A stretch of 64,000 nucleotides of DNA from a virus (IMGVR_UViG_3300010367_000128:605-64604); one strand, 5' to 3'; counted from the stretch's first letter, positions 9,884 to 20,567 are shown. A program made the numbers and translations. Notes: a model not told the origin generated them from the letters alone.

Positions 9884-10546
9884 ATGGCTTATACCGCGTA
9901 CAAAATCGTCGTTGCGGGCGATGTCAGCGACCTCACCAAGCAGGTCACCCAGCAGATCGCCCTCGGCTTCCAGCCGCTCCTGGCGCCCTTCGTCGTGCGC
10001 GACGGTGGCCAGGTGGCCCAGGCGGTCACCCAGGGCACGCCGGACACGGGTGAGGTGCCGTCGACCTCGACGGTGGTCGCCGATGGCGCCACCCTGGCCA
10101 TCACCAACAGCGCGGGCACCGACAGCCACAACGCGATCGCGGACGTCGCCGCTGGCGCGTTCGTCTCGATCAACCTGGCGGCCACCGCGTCGTTCTGCGA
10201 CAACGGAGACACGGTGGCCGTGCGCAACTCGGCGGGTGCCGATTCGCATAACGGCACGGCCGTGGTCACGGCCGGTGTGCTGACGGGGATCAACCTGGCC
10301 GCGACGGTGGCCATGGTCGACAACGCCGACGCGATCACCATGCAGAACTCGGCCGGTGCCGCGATCGCCGGTACGCATGCGGCTACGGTGGCCGCTGGCG
10401 TGCTGTCGAACGTCAAGCTCGCGGCGACGGTGGCCCCGATCACCAATGGTCAGGCGCTTACCGGGGTGGCACCGAGCGGCGTCTACACCAACACCGTCAC
10501 ATTCGCGGTGACCAATGGTGTCGTTACGGGAATTACCCTCTCGTAA
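9884..10546 (+). CDS. Fibre-like protein with DUF1737-like N-terminus and three ~40-aa repeats
   Basis: YKIV...L..QV...IA.GFQP..AP N-terminus; NSAG..SH..A.V.AG....INLAAT x3. Confidence 0.7.
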   Translation: MAYTAYKIVVAGDVSDLTKQVTQQIALGFQPLLAPFVVRDGGQVAQAVTQGTPDTGEVPSTSTVVADGATLAITNSAGTDSHNAIADVAAGAFVSINLAATASFCDNGDTVAVRNSAGADSHNGTAVVTAGVLTGINLAATVAMVDNADAITMQNSAGAAIAGTHAATVAAGVLSNVKLAATVAPITNGQALTGVAPSGVYTNTVTFAVTNGVVTGITLS

Positions 10547-10608
10547 GCACCTCCCGCCGTGCGGCTGGCGCCGCTATGCTTCGCCGGCAACCCGCCAAGG
10601 AGCACTAC

Positions 10609-11211
10609 ATGATCCGCGCCAGCCGCACCGCCTTCCAGGAACAGCCAAACGGCGACCTGGTATGCACCATCACCATTCCAGCCGCCGACCGCGCGGCTGT
10701 CTTCGCCGACGTCGACATGCCGATTTCGCTATCGGCTACACCCATCACCCTGGAGCGTGTCGGCGCCGACGTCGCGGCCTTGTCGGACCGTTTAAAAGCC
10801 ATGGTCGTCCAGTCGGCCCAAGTGATCGCCGAGGCGGCCGACTTCACCGTCGAGATCGATGCGGAGGCGGAAACCGCCGACAAGCCGCCGACGCAGACCA
10901 TCGGGGTCGATGGCATGGACACCGCCAGCGTGATCGAGGCCGTGACCAGTGGCGCGCAGGCCTGGAATCATCCGGCCGCACCGCATCTGGATCGCCTGTT
11001 CAAGCACCCACCGTTCCAGGCCTTCGCCATGGAGCGTCTGCCAAAAGATCCGTTCACCGGCCCCATGGAGGCCGCGACGCGGCTCATCACCAAGAAGGTC
11101 AAGGGCAAGCCCATGGACGTGGCCATGGCGGCTATGGAGCGAACGATGGATGAATACATCGAATGGACGGCCAAACAAGGCTTCATCACCTGGCCGGAGA
11201 AACAGGCATGA
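10609..11211 (+). CDS. Hypothetical protein
   Basis: AAGGAG RBS before ATG 10609; coupled to next gene. Confidence 0.7.
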   Translation: MIRASRTAFQEQPNGDLVCTITIPAADRAAVFADVDMPISLSATPITLERVGADVAALSDRLKAMVVQSAQVIAEAADFTVEIDAEAETADKPPTQTIGVDGMDTASVIEAVTSGAQAWNHPAAPHLDRLFKHPPFQAFAMERLPKDPFTGPMEAATRLITKKVKGKPMDVAMAAMERTMDEYIEWTAKQGFITWPEKQA

Positions 11212-12116
11212 CGACCCTACTTAGCACCACCGACAGCTTTGTCGACAACGCAACCGACGCGAATTTCCGCCTGTGGGGTTCGACGATCTCGGCGCATTTC
11301 GCTGCCGTTGGACTGGTTCAAGGTACTGACTCGGGTCAGATCAATTGGGCGACGGTGGTCAAACCGACAGCAGCCACCACGTCAGCGGGCTATGAAATCT
11401 GGAAGCTCAACGATTCGTTGTTCGCTACCTATCCCATCTACATCAAGGTTGAGTACGGAACCGACAACATTGCCACGCGTCCCGCGACGTGGATCACCAT
11501 CGGCACGGGCACCAACGGCGCGGGCACCATCACCGGGCCAGCAACGACACGCTTGATTATGACCAGCGGGCAAAATGCCGTGGCGAAGAACACCTACGTG
11601 TCCCGCGCATGTTTCGTCAATGGCTTCTTTGGCTGCGACTTTTACCGTGATATCTACAACTCTGGCCTCTCATCGAGCAGCGTATCGCTGGTGAAATTCT
11701 GCATTTCGCGCACGGTCGATGACTCGGGTACCCCGACCGGCGACGGTTACGTCTTCACCTACCACACGCAGGGTTTGACGTCGGCCACCATGCAGGCGGT
11801 GAACGTCGCCAAGAACATCGTGGGCGCGGTCACCACGGCCCACACGCTGATCCCCGGCAATTTCAACTCGACCCTCACCGACGACACGCCGGGCAACTAT
11901 CAGGCGTTCAAGCCCTACCAGCTCTTTCCGAAGATGCGCCCCGTCTTCGGCTTGGCGACGACCTTCGGTGCTGAGACCGCAGTCGATACGCAGTATTCGG
12001 CCGTGCTGATCGGCACCACGTCGCGCAACTACATTTGCACGGGTATCCAGGGCTACGGCAATCAGCAAGACAGCCGTAACGCCAACGCCACCAACCTCGG
12101 CATGTTGTGGGAATGA
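11208..12116 (+). CDS. Putative tail/receptor-binding protein
   Basis: Thr/Gly/Asn-rich beta protein in tail module; ATGA overlap. Confidence 0.6.
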   Translation: MTTLLSTTDSFVDNATDANFRLWGSTISAHFAAVGLVQGTDSGQINWATVVKPTAATTSAGYEIWKLNDSLFATYPIYIKVEYGTDNIATRPATWITIGTGTNGAGTITGPATTRLIMTSGQNAVAKNTYVSRACFVNGFFGCDFYRDIYNSGLSSSSVSLVKFCISRTVDDSGTPTGDGYVFTYHTQGLTSATMQAVNVAKNIVGAVTTAHTLIPGNFNSTLTDDTPGNYQAFKPYQLFPKMRPVFGLATTFGAETAVDTQYSAVLIGTTSRNYICTGIQGYGNQQDSRNANATNLGMLWE

Positions 12117-12119
12117 GCG

Positions 12120-13208
12120 ATGGTTAACTTCGTCGGCGCCCCACCGCCCAACACGATCACCGGAGAGTCGTGGTCGCAGACCAAGATGGACCCGAACTCG
12201 CCGTTCGTGCCGAATCTCGCATCACTGCGGGAAACGGCCATGCCACCGTGGCATGGCAACGGTTACATCGCGGGTGACTCACCGGATGGCCTCGTCACCT
12301 TCAATGGGGCGGGTACCGTGCGCACCATCGACCTGTTCGACCGGGTCACCAACAGCTACATCATGAGCACGGTCTCGGCCAGCGACGGCACCTATCGGTT
12401 CAACGGATTGAGCCTAAGCCGGCAGTTCGACGTGCGCGCGCGTGGCGCCAGCAGTACCGAGAACGACATCATCATGGCGCGCATTACCTCGGCAATCTCG
12501 GCGCCCACGTTGACCGGCACGCTGACGCCACGGGTATCCGTTGATTGGGCGTACAACAGCTCCCTCGTGATCGGGGGTGGCATTCCGCCGTACAGCAACC
12601 CGCGCGTCGTGTCCGGTGCGTTGCCGACGGGGTTTACGCTGCAAGTGTCGGGCAACCAGCTCATCGTCGCGGGGCAGGCACCGAGCGCGGCCGAGGTGGA
12701 TACCTTTACCCTGGCGGTGGACTCGTCGGATGGACAGACCGCCACGTCGGCCTCGCAGACCATCACCACGGTGAATGGCTATCGCTACTGGCGTGTCAAC
12801 ATAAGTGCGAACAACGGCGGGGCGTCGTTCGTGGTCATCGCCGAACTGGAGTTCCGCGCCACCCATGGTGGTTCCGACCTGACCTCGCCCGGGTTGGCTC
12901 CAACGCGTGCATTGGCAAGCAGCGAGGCCAACAGCTCCAACATCGCCGCCTATGGTTTCGACGACAACTCGACCAACAAGTGGACGGCTAATGCAACCTC
13001 CGGCTGGTTGCGCTGGGACTTTGGCACCGAAACGAGCGTGACCGAGATCGCGCTCATGGGCCAGTACATCACGGGCGACCAGGCCACGTTCGCGCCGAAG
13101 GACTTCATTGTCGAAGCGAGCCCGGACGGGGTGAACTGGCTGACGCGCAAGACGGTCACCGGCCAGACCGCATGGGGCGCCGCCGAAGTGCGCGTATTCA
13201 ACTGGTGA
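12120..13208 (+). CDS. Tail fibre with Ig-like and discoidin (F5/8 type C)-like domains
   Basis: GG.PPY...VVSGALPTG Ig-like repeat; YRYWRVNI..IAELEF, ASSE..A..GFDD..T.W, PKDFIVEAS.DG.NW. Confidence 0.72.
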   Translation: MVNFVGAPPPNTITGESWSQTKMDPNSPFVPNLASLRETAMPPWHGNGYIAGDSPDGLVTFNGAGTVRTIDLFDRVTNSYIMSTVSASDGTYRFNGLSLSRQFDVRARGASSTENDIIMARITSAISAPTLTGTLTPRVSVDWAYNSSLVIGGGIPPYSNPRVVSGALPTGFTLQVSGNQLIVAGQAPSAAEVDTFTLAVDSSDGQTATSASQTITTVNGYRYWRVNISANNGGASFVVIAELEFRATHGGSDLTSPGLAPTRALASSEANSSNIAAYGFDDNSTNKWTANATSGWLRWDFGTETSVTEIALMGQYITGDQATFAPKDFIVEASPDGVNWLTRKTVTGQTAWGAAEVRVFNW

Positions 13209-13211
13209 CCC

Positions 13212-16200
13212 ATGGCCTACACGATCCCGCCAGGTAACAAGGTCGCCTACCCGTTCACGTCCGGAACGCCTTACACGATCCCGTTGGGCAACAAGGTGGC
13301 GTTCCGCTTTGGCGGCCTTCCGGGCACGGTGTTCGCGGTCGGCTGGGACAGTGCGCTATTCGGTAGCGCCAGCATCGTCAACACGACCACGCAGCTGTTC
13401 GTGCAGGGCATCGACGATGGCCTGGTCAGCCTCAACCTGGTGGTCACCAAGTCGCTTCTGGCACAGGGCTTCACCACGATGCTGTTCGGCCAGCAGGCCG
13501 TGCGCAACAACACCACGATCGCCAGCCCGTCCGGGTTCGCGCCCAACGTGTTCGGCACCGCCTGGGCGTCGTATTACACGCGGTTCCTTACCCCCAGCGG
13601 ATGGTCGTCCGAGGCCTATGGCGTCGCCCAGCTCTCCGGTGGCGTGCGCAACGCACAGATGAATGGCTTCGCCACCCAGGCGATGGGTACGCCATCGATC
13701 ACCTTCCAGCTGCGCCAGCTGTTCCCTCAGTGGTTCGTCGACACCAGCTATGGCACGCCAGTGATGGGTTACGACCGCCCCGTGGCGGCTACGGGCTTCG
13801 ACAGCGCCGCCTTTGGCGATGCCGAGGTGTTCGACAACACCATCCACTGCAACCTGACCGGCTTCGACGCCGCCGCGTTCGGCGCCACCGAGGCGTACCT
13901 CTACACGCGGACCGTCCAAGCCAAGTCGGTCGCCGACCTCGACATCAACAACATTGGCTTTCCGCACGTCTTCAACCGGACGCATTACGTCATCCAGAGC
14001 TACCGGAGCACCGACTGGATCGAAGGGGGTGTCGCCGACCCGCTGACCACCAGCATCCGCAACGTCAACCGGGTGGTTGACCTGGTCGGCAACGGCATCG
14101 CCCCGGTCTTCCGGCAGGTGTCGATCAACGCGGAGGTGGTCAACGGCGCGCGCGCGTACGACCTGGTCGGGTTCGACGCCACCGTATGGGGCAGTGGCAC
14201 GTTCATCGCCCCCCGCGTGCGCACCGTCGGGCCGCAGGGCTTCGAACCGATCGAACTGTCCAGCCGCTTCCACATCGTGCGCAACGCGGCGTTCCAAATC
14301 CTGCCGGTCGGTACCGACACCAGCGCGGTCGGCACGCCACCGCTGGTGGTCAACACCCGCCGTTCGTTCTATGTCGGAGGGCTAGGCCAAACGGCCGAGT
14401 TCGGTCTGCCGTTCATCGCGCCGGGCGTGCGCACGATCGGTCCGCAGAACAACCTTGAGCCCGTGCGCGGCCTGATCGGCGGCGCCACCGTGTGGTTCCG
14501 CGTGCGCCAGCTCACCCAGCTGCCGCCGGATTTCCCATTCACCGCCTTTGGCGTGCCCACGCTGGACATCCACCGCAACGACGTGTTCGCCAAGTCGATT
14601 CCGCCCACCTGGCAGTGGGGCACGCCCAGCGTGCGCAACAACACGCCGGAGGTGCGACCGCTATGGGACAGCGACAGCTTTACCCGCTTCGGCGCCACGG
14701 CGGTGTTCAACCGCTGGAACTACTACCCAATGCAGGGCGACGTGCTCTCGGCGTTCGGCCTGGTGCTGATCGAATACCGGACCAAGACGGTGAGCCCGCC
14801 GGGTTTCGACGCGCTGCGGCCCAACCTCCTGCACCGCATCCAGAAGCTCACTCCGGACCCGCCGGCCACGCAGAACGTCAACCCAGCCGGGCTGGGCGAC
14901 CAGTTGCTCATGTCTGGCCCGTTGGCCAAGAGCAACGCGCTATTCCCGCCGGGCTTCACCAGCGACGCCTACGGCCAGACCGTGTTGGAGAACCGTGGCA
15001 TCTTCGTCGCCGGCATCGCCCCGCCGATCGACGATGGCAGCGGCACGCAGTTCGGCGTGCCCACGCTGCCTATGCGCCAGACTGCGCGGCCCGACGGTTT
15101 CCTTTCCGAAGGCCACGGTAAGCCGATCCTCGATCCGTTGACCATCTGGGCACCGACCGGCGCGCCCGATCAGGCGATCAGCAACCACGGCGGCATCGGC
15201 GGCACCACCATCGACTGGTTCCTCTCGCAGAACGACATCCGCCCCGTGTGGGGTCAGGCGCGGGTGGAGAACAAGAACCGGGCCATCGCGGCCAACACCC
15301 TGGGTGACGAGTCGAGCTTCGGGCAGACCAAGGTCACCCTGAAAATCCAGTACGTGTTCCCCGACGGCCAGCGCTTCGGTAAGTACGGCTACCCGGAGCT
15401 GTTCGGCGGCAACCGTGCGTTGATCCTGTACGGCTTCGACCTGGCCAGCTACGGCGCGCCGCGTGTCGACCACGTCGAACCACGCAATCGCAAGCTGACC
15501 GTCAACGGCCTCAACCCCCTGGTCTTTGGCACGCCCTGGGTCTCCAACTTCATCCGCACCCTGCCGGTACCGGGACTCAACGCCACGCTGTTCGGCAGCA
15601 CGATCGTGCAGCGTCCGCCACCACCGGCCCTGCCGAACGGCCTCGATGCAACGCTATGGGGCGCGGCCACGTTCATCGCCTACCGCATCCGCACGCTGGC
15701 GCCCGTCGGGCTCGACTCGTTCGTCATGGACTACGTGCTGGGCAACTTCCGCGATCGCCTGCGCGTGCGCGGCAACCTCACCCGCGAGAACGTCAGCGCG
15801 GGCGATCTCCTAGCCATGGGCACGCCATCGCTCGATCAAGGCACGCGCCCGCTGTTCGTGCCCGGCTGGAGCGGCGCCAGCGGACGCCCGAGCGTGCGCC
15901 GGATCAACCGCGTGGACATCGTCAGCGCCGGTCGTCACGACACCTACGGCGAGACGTGGGTGATGGGCGTGATCCCCGGCACAATCCAGCCGCGTGGCGA
16001 GGACTTCGCCCAGCTGGGTCAGCCGCGTTTCGTGCACACGGCGAACGTGCTTGGCTGGACCGGCGAGCTGGGTGCCGTGCGCGTGGGTCGTCCCGTTGGC
16101 GCGGAAGGCTTCGACCCGTCACAATTCGGCCAGGTCGTCGCCATGGGCTTCGGTTGTGGACGCCAGGCGCGGGTCATGCGCGGCTGGGATAGCGCCAGCA

Positions 16201-16229
16201 TCGGCGCGGCATCGGTAGGGGGTGTGTGA
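13212..16229 (+). CDS. Large repetitive virion protein
   Basis: 1005 aa with recurring G[FW]D...[FYW]G units. Confidence 0.75.
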   Translation: MAYTIPPGNKVAYPFTSGTPYTIPLGNKVAFRFGGLPGTVFAVGWDSALFGSASIVNTTTQLFVQGIDDGLVSLNLVVTKSLLAQGFTTMLFGQQAVRNNTTIASPSGFAPNVFGTAWASYYTRFLTPSGWSSEAYGVAQLSGGVRNAQMNGFATQAMGTPSITFQLRQLFPQWFVDTSYGTPVMGYDRPVAATGFDSAAFGDAEVFDNTIHCNLTGFDAAAFGATEAYLYTRTVQAKSVADLDINNIGFPHVFNRTHYVIQSYRSTDWIEGGVADPLTTSIRNVNRVVDLVGNGIAPVFRQVSINAEVVNGARAYDLVGFDATVWGSGTFIAPRVRTVGPQGFEPIELSSRFHIVRNAAFQILPVGTDTSAVGTPPLVVNTRRSFYVGGLGQTAEFGLPFIAPGVRTIGPQNNLEPVRGLIGGATVWFRVRQLTQLPPDFPFTAFGVPTLDIHRNDVFAKSIPPTWQWGTPSVRNNTPEVRPLWDSDSFTRFGATAVFNRWNYYPMQGDVLSAFGLVLIEYRTKTVSPPGFDALRPNLLHRIQKLTPDPPATQNVNPAGLGDQLLMSGPLAKSNALFPPGFTSDAYGQTVLENRGIFVAGIAPPIDDGSGTQFGVPTLPMRQTARPDGFLSEGHGKPILDPLTIWAPTGAPDQAISNHGGIGGTTIDWFLSQNDIRPVWGQARVENKNRAIAANTLGDESSFGQTKVTLKIQYVFPDGQRFGKYGYPELFGGNRALILYGFDLASYGAPRVDHVEPRNRKLTVNGLNPLVFGTPWVSNFIRTLPVPGLNATLFGSTIVQRPPPPALPNGLDATLWGAATFIAYRIRTLAPVGLDSFVMDYVLGNFRDRLRVRGNLTRENVSAGDLLAMGTPSLDQGTRPLFVPGWSGASGRPSVRRINRVDIVSAGRHDTYGETWVMGVIPGTIQPRGEDFAQLGQPRFVHTANVLGWTGELGAVRVGRPVGAEGFDPSQFGQVVAMGFGCGRQARVMRGWDSASIGAASVGGV

Positions 16230-17428
16230 TGGCGAAGATCGGGCCGTGGCCGCAGGGCATGGACAACGTGAGCGCAGACACCGATTTGCCGGTCGATCGC
16301 GCCGGCAACCCCGTGGCCGTCGTCGATTGCAGCAACGGCGATCTCGACGACGCCGGCAAGTTCGCTGTCCGGCCGGGCTTGCAACGCTTGCTGACCGACA
16401 ACGACGTGCATTCGCTCTACGCGCCGCCGGGCTGGGGGACGTGGCTGGGCGGGATCGGTGCCAACCTGGTCGAGCTGACCGACAACGGCACCGCGCTCGG
16501 CATCGAGGTGCGCGCTACGCTGCCCTCCAGCGCGCCGCTGTCCTTCGACCGACTCGGCGACGCGATCTACTACACCTCGATCGACGCCATCGGCGTGCTG
16601 CCGCGTCGCGGGCCGGCGTTGCCGCTGGCGCCCCCGGATGCGATCCCGCCGGTCGCCAGCGGCGACCCGATCGGTGGCCTGTTTGCCGGACGCTACAGCG
16701 TCGCCATGAGCTGGTTATTCGACGACGGCACCGAGGGCGGCCTGTCCCCGTTGGTCAGCGTCAACGTGCCCGAGGGCGGCGGAATCCGCCTCTCGTGGAC
16801 CGCGCCCGCCGGGGCGGCCATGGGCCGGATCTACCGCACCCAGCTGGACGGCACCGTGCTCTACCGGGTCACCGACGTGCCCGTGGGCTTGGGCAGTACC
16901 TTGCTCGGGGTCGGCCCGGTCGGCCGGGCCGCCGATACCCAATACCTGCGCGCCATGCCGCCGGGCGAGATCCTGCGCCGCTGGCGCGGCTACCTGCTCG
17001 TCGCACGTGGGCGCCACCTGTACCTGTCCCAGCCCATGCGCTATGGCCTGTACTCGCCGCGCCACGGCTTCGTCCAGTTCCCCGAGCGCATCACCTTTGT
17101 GGAAGGCGTCGAGGGTGGCGTATTCGTCGGCCAGCAGACCGGCGTGGTCTTCCTGGATGGCAGCAAGCCCGGCGACTGGAGCCACCGCGATACCGGCGGC
17201 GATCCACCGTTCCCCGGCTCAAGCGTGCTGGCCGACGCGTCCATGTTCGGCGCCGATCTTCAACTTCCGCCCGGCGATCACGCCGTGTGGCTCTCCACCA
17301 ATGGCTACGTGCTCGGCCAGCCCTCCGGGGCGATCGTCGAGCCGCAGGCCAAACGCCTTCGTCTGCCCGTCACGGCGGCCGGAAAAACGGCGATCGTCGA
17401 TCGTCGGCTTATCACCATCACCTCGTGA
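16229..17428 (+). CDS. Virion structural protein (tail nozzle/stabilisation-like)
   Basis: GMDN N-terminus, LYLSQP.RY, beta-propeller-like pattern; TGATG coupling. Confidence 0.7.
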   Translation: MAKIGPWPQGMDNVSADTDLPVDRAGNPVAVVDCSNGDLDDAGKFAVRPGLQRLLTDNDVHSLYAPPGWGTWLGGIGANLVELTDNGTALGIEVRATLPSSAPLSFDRLGDAIYYTSIDAIGVLPRRGPALPLAPPDAIPPVASGDPIGGLFAGRYSVAMSWLFDDGTEGGLSPLVSVNVPEGGGIRLSWTAPAGAAMGRIYRTQLDGTVLYRVTDVPVGLGSTLLGVGPVGRAADTQYLRAMPPGEILRRWRGYLLVARGRHLYLSQPMRYGLYSPRHGFVQFPERITFVEGVEGGVFVGQQTGVVFLDGSKPGDWSHRDTGGDPPFPGSSVLADASMFGADLQLPPGDHAVWLSTNGYVLGQPSGAIVEPQAKRLRLPVTAAGKTAIVDRRLITITS

Positions 17429-17438
17429 GGAACGCCCC

Positions 17439-18023
17439 ATGAACAGCATCCACCGCCGTGCACTCGACGAGGCCATCGCCGCGTCGATCGCCGAACGCCA
17501 GGCCGCCTACCCGCAGGCGAACGCCTTCGGCACCTATTACGAAATTCTCAACGGCGAACTGGTCGGCGTGCATACCGTCGACGTCTCGCCCAACCTGTTG
17601 CCCACCGAGGGCATCATCGACTGCCTGGACACCTGGCTGGGTGCGACGGCGAAGAAAGCCGGCTGGTACATCGGCATCTACGCCAACGCGGTCAACCCGG
17701 CGTCGGGCTGGACCGCCGCCAACGTGGCCGCCAACGCTGGGGAAATCACCAGCCAGACCGAAGGCTACAGCGAGACCACGCGCCCGCAGTTCGTGGCCAA
17801 CGCCGCCGCCGCCGGGGCGATCGACAACGTCGGCCACGAGGCCACGTTCTCGATCGTCGGGACCGGCGACATCACCGTCAACGGCGCGCTCCTGATTTCC
17901 GACAGCGCCAAGGGCGGCACCAACGGCAAGTTGGCCTCGGCCACGCGGTTCGGGGCCACGCGCACGCTCCAGAACGGCGACAGCTACAAGATCGGTTACC
18001 GCGTCACGTTGACCAGCGCGTAA
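17439..18023 (+). CDS. Virion structural protein
   Basis: NLLPTEG...WYIGIY..., TVNGA.L.S.S.KGGT.GKL.SA.RF; GAGG RBS. Confidence 0.72.
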   Translation: MNSIHRRALDEAIAASIAERQAAYPQANAFGTYYEILNGELVGVHTVDVSPNLLPTEGIIDCLDTWLGATAKKAGWYIGIYANAVNPASGWTAANVAANAGEITSQTEGYSETTRPQFVANAAAAGAIDNVGHEATFSIVGTGDITVNGALLISDSAKGGTNGKLASATRFGATRTLQNGDSYKIGYRVTLTSA

Positions 18024-18026
18024 GCC

Positions 18027-20567
18027 GTGCTGCCGCCCAACAGCATCGCGATCGAGGGGGATCAGGTCGCGGGACAGGCGTACATCCCCCGCGCCGTCGC
18101 GATGCTGCGGCGGTTGCGCCAGCGGGTCGAAGTCGGGGGCGTGCAAACCGCCTCCGACTTCGTGCGCCTGGACGATCACGCGTACCTGTACGGCGTGGTG
18201 GCGGGCGCGGTGCACAAGGCGGTGATCGTCGTCGACGCGGTGGCGCCGGGCGAAACGCCCAGCGGCCCGCGTTACGAGACCCCGCAAATCCCCGATTTCT
18301 ACTCCGGCGCGGTGCTGGGCGGGACGTTGCCCGTGCCGCCCGTGACGACCCCGCCGACGCCGCGCACGCTGGCCTCGTTCTGGCCGACCACGGCATGCCG
18401 CAAGCTGTTTCCGACCTTGCTCGACGCCGCGCAAGGCGTCACGAAACTCACCGTCGAGCCCTACCCGGAATTCGCCAGTGTGCTCAGCAACGCGAATGAC
18501 CAGGGGCAGACCTATAGCCAGTATTACCGGCTCAAGCCGACCATGTATTCCGGCCTGATGCGCCAGGTCGTGCAGCTGCTCATGGGCTTTGGCAAGCAGG
18601 ACCGTAAGAGCGTGTACGACACCACCGCGCCCGCGATCGGTCGCAAGCCACGCAAGCGCAAGACGCCCCCGACGGGGTACCAGGGCGAGGTGGCCAAGGC
18701 CGGCGTGCAAATCCGGTACGACTGGCGCTGGTACCGCACGCACGGCATCACGGTGGCCGCCGACAACCGGCTGTGGCTGGTCGAGATCGGCACCACGCGC
18801 GGCATCCTGGCCATGCCCTTGCCGATGAACGCAACCAGTCAGCTCGCCGCCTTCCGCGACAAGCTGGACGCGATGGGCGACACCGCCGGAGCCTTGGCCT
18901 GGGACACCCTGGGCGGCTTCCCGACCGGCGAGGGCTTCCCGGCCACCGCGATGGACAGCTGGGTGCGCGCCGGCCGCGTGCTGCAACTGGCCAGCGCCAG
19001 CGACGTGCAGGCGTTCTACCAATACCGGCCGTTCAGTTCCGCGCTGGGCTGGGCGTTCAACCGGCGCGGCAGCGAGGCGCATAACACCTGCGTCAGCTAC
19101 GACGACGACAATTTCCAGACCGCCTACCACTTCGCCGTCAACCTCGCGATCGGGGCCAGCACGCCGCGTCCCGCGCCAGCCAGCGCGGCTACCCTGCGCG
19201 CGAAGTTCGCTACGCTCACCAGCGACCCACGGTTCGCCGCCGTAATGTTCAAGATCGGCCGGCTGACCGACAGCCAGGCGGAGGAGTTCCTGCGCCGTGG
19301 CGGCCCGGTGGCGAGCATCTTCGACGATCTCGACGCGCTGGTGCTGCCACCCCCGGCGGTGGGCAACGGCAACCTGCGCGAAATGAGCCGGGGCCGGCTC
19401 TACAAGCCTGGCCCGAAGGCGCAGACCGATCTCAAGTTCCCCAGCTACGAGCTGGGTTACTTGCTGTCCTGGGACATGCAGCCGGCCGGCCCGGGGCCGT
19501 TCGTCGGCAAGTGCGACACGATCGTGCATGTGTTTTTCGCCGGGGATCAGCTCAAGTACGTGAAGTTCTTCAACGACCCGGCACGCATCCCCTGGGCGGT
19601 CAGCAACAACGACAGCGACGGGTGCGAGGTCATGGGCACCTTCACCACGACCACCGAGTCGGGCGTGCTGGGCATCCCGCCGATGGTCTACACGAGCGAC
19701 TTCGACGATCGCGACCAGTTCGCCACCAGCCGCTCGATCAGCACGCGCAAGGGTCAATCGCTCGGCTACTCGGCGATCAACGCCAACGACGACATCACCG
19801 CGCCCTACCTGGCCTCGATCACGCGGACCAAGCGTTTCCAGGTCGACAGCCGCTCGGAGTCGTGGAGCGGCGAGTTCCGCACCGCCGCGATGGTGGTGCC
19901 GTTCGATGACCGCTGCGCGTACTACTACGCCACGGCCACGGGCGCGGCCAGCCACTCGACCAACACCTCCTCGGCGTACAAGACCGTGCAAGACCCGTGG
20001 TCCGCCCGGACCTGGCGCAATTTTCCCGGCTACACCGGCCATTGGGGCGGCGAAGGCACGGCGGACGATCCGTGGTACCTGATTCGCGCCATCCAGCACC
20101 CGGACGGATGCGGCCCGGTCACCGCGCGCACCGTGTCTGCGCCGGGCGCGATCTACAGCCCGAGCACCTGCTCGGACTTCGCCGACAGCGGGCCGTGGAT
20201 CTTCACCTGCGACAACGCCGACGCGAAGCTCTATTCGATCCCGGCGCCGCCGCTGCCGCCCTCGACCAATACCGGCGAAGTCGACAAGGTGGTCGTGACC
20301 GCCTACCTGGTCAACGACAGCCAGTTTGCCCCCTTGCAGACCCAGCAGCGCGACACCGACGTGCTCAGTTACGCCAACCCGTGGTTCCTCATGAGCCCGG
20401 ACCCCGACACGCAGCTCACGCAGTACGCCGAGGTCACCCACAACGCCATGGGCGACGCTACCGTCATGCGATACTCCGTCCAGCCGAACGGCGCCGTGGC
20501 GACCCGTGGCGGTCCCCAGCCACCGGGCTTCGCCAACAGCAACACGACATTCATAGGGGTGGTGTGA
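18027..20567 (+). CDS. Virion structural protein
   Basis: 846-aa ORF in tail module with genome-typical codon use. Confidence 0.72.
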   Translation: MLPPNSIAIEGDQVAGQAYIPRAVAMLRRLRQRVEVGGVQTASDFVRLDDHAYLYGVVAGAVHKAVIVVDAVAPGETPSGPRYETPQIPDFYSGAVLGGTLPVPPVTTPPTPRTLASFWPTTACRKLFPTLLDAAQGVTKLTVEPYPEFASVLSNANDQGQTYSQYYRLKPTMYSGLMRQVVQLLMGFGKQDRKSVYDTTAPAIGRKPRKRKTPPTGYQGEVAKAGVQIRYDWRWYRTHGITVAADNRLWLVEIGTTRGILAMPLPMNATSQLAAFRDKLDAMGDTAGALAWDTLGGFPTGEGFPATAMDSWVRAGRVLQLASASDVQAFYQYRPFSSALGWAFNRRGSEAHNTCVSYDDDNFQTAYHFAVNLAIGASTPRPAPASAATLRAKFATLTSDPRFAAVMFKIGRLTDSQAEEFLRRGGPVASIFDDLDALVLPPPAVGNGNLREMSRGRLYKPGPKAQTDLKFPSYELGYLLSWDMQPAGPGPFVGKCDTIVHVFFAGDQLKYVKFFNDPARIPWAVSNNDSDGCEVMGTFTTTTESGVLGIPPMVYTSDFDDRDQFATSRSISTRKGQSLGYSAINANDDITAPYLASITRTKRFQVDSRSESWSGEFRTAAMVVPFDDRCAYYYATATGAASHSTNTSSAYKTVQDPWSARTWRNFPGYTGHWGGEGTADDPWYLIRAIQHPDGCGPVTARTVSAPGAIYSPSTCSDFADSGPWIFTCDNADAKLYSIPAPPLPPSTNTGEVDKVVVTAYLVNDSQFAPLQTQQRDTDVLSYANPWFLMSPDPDTQLTQYAEVTHNAMGDATVMRYSVQPNGAVATRGGPQPPGFANSNTTFIGVV

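Noticed and set aside
10547-10557. GCACCTCCCGC shared with the initiator array (42352)
   Set aside because: Single GC-rich 11-mer with no periodic array; compatible with chance
11208-16229. Diversity-generating retroelement acting on tail fibres
   Set aside because: No reverse transcriptase and no template/variable repeat pair seen
17418-20441. 1007-aa minus-strand ORF
   Set aside because: Antisense shadow of GC-rich structural genes; R/G/A-rich with no motifs
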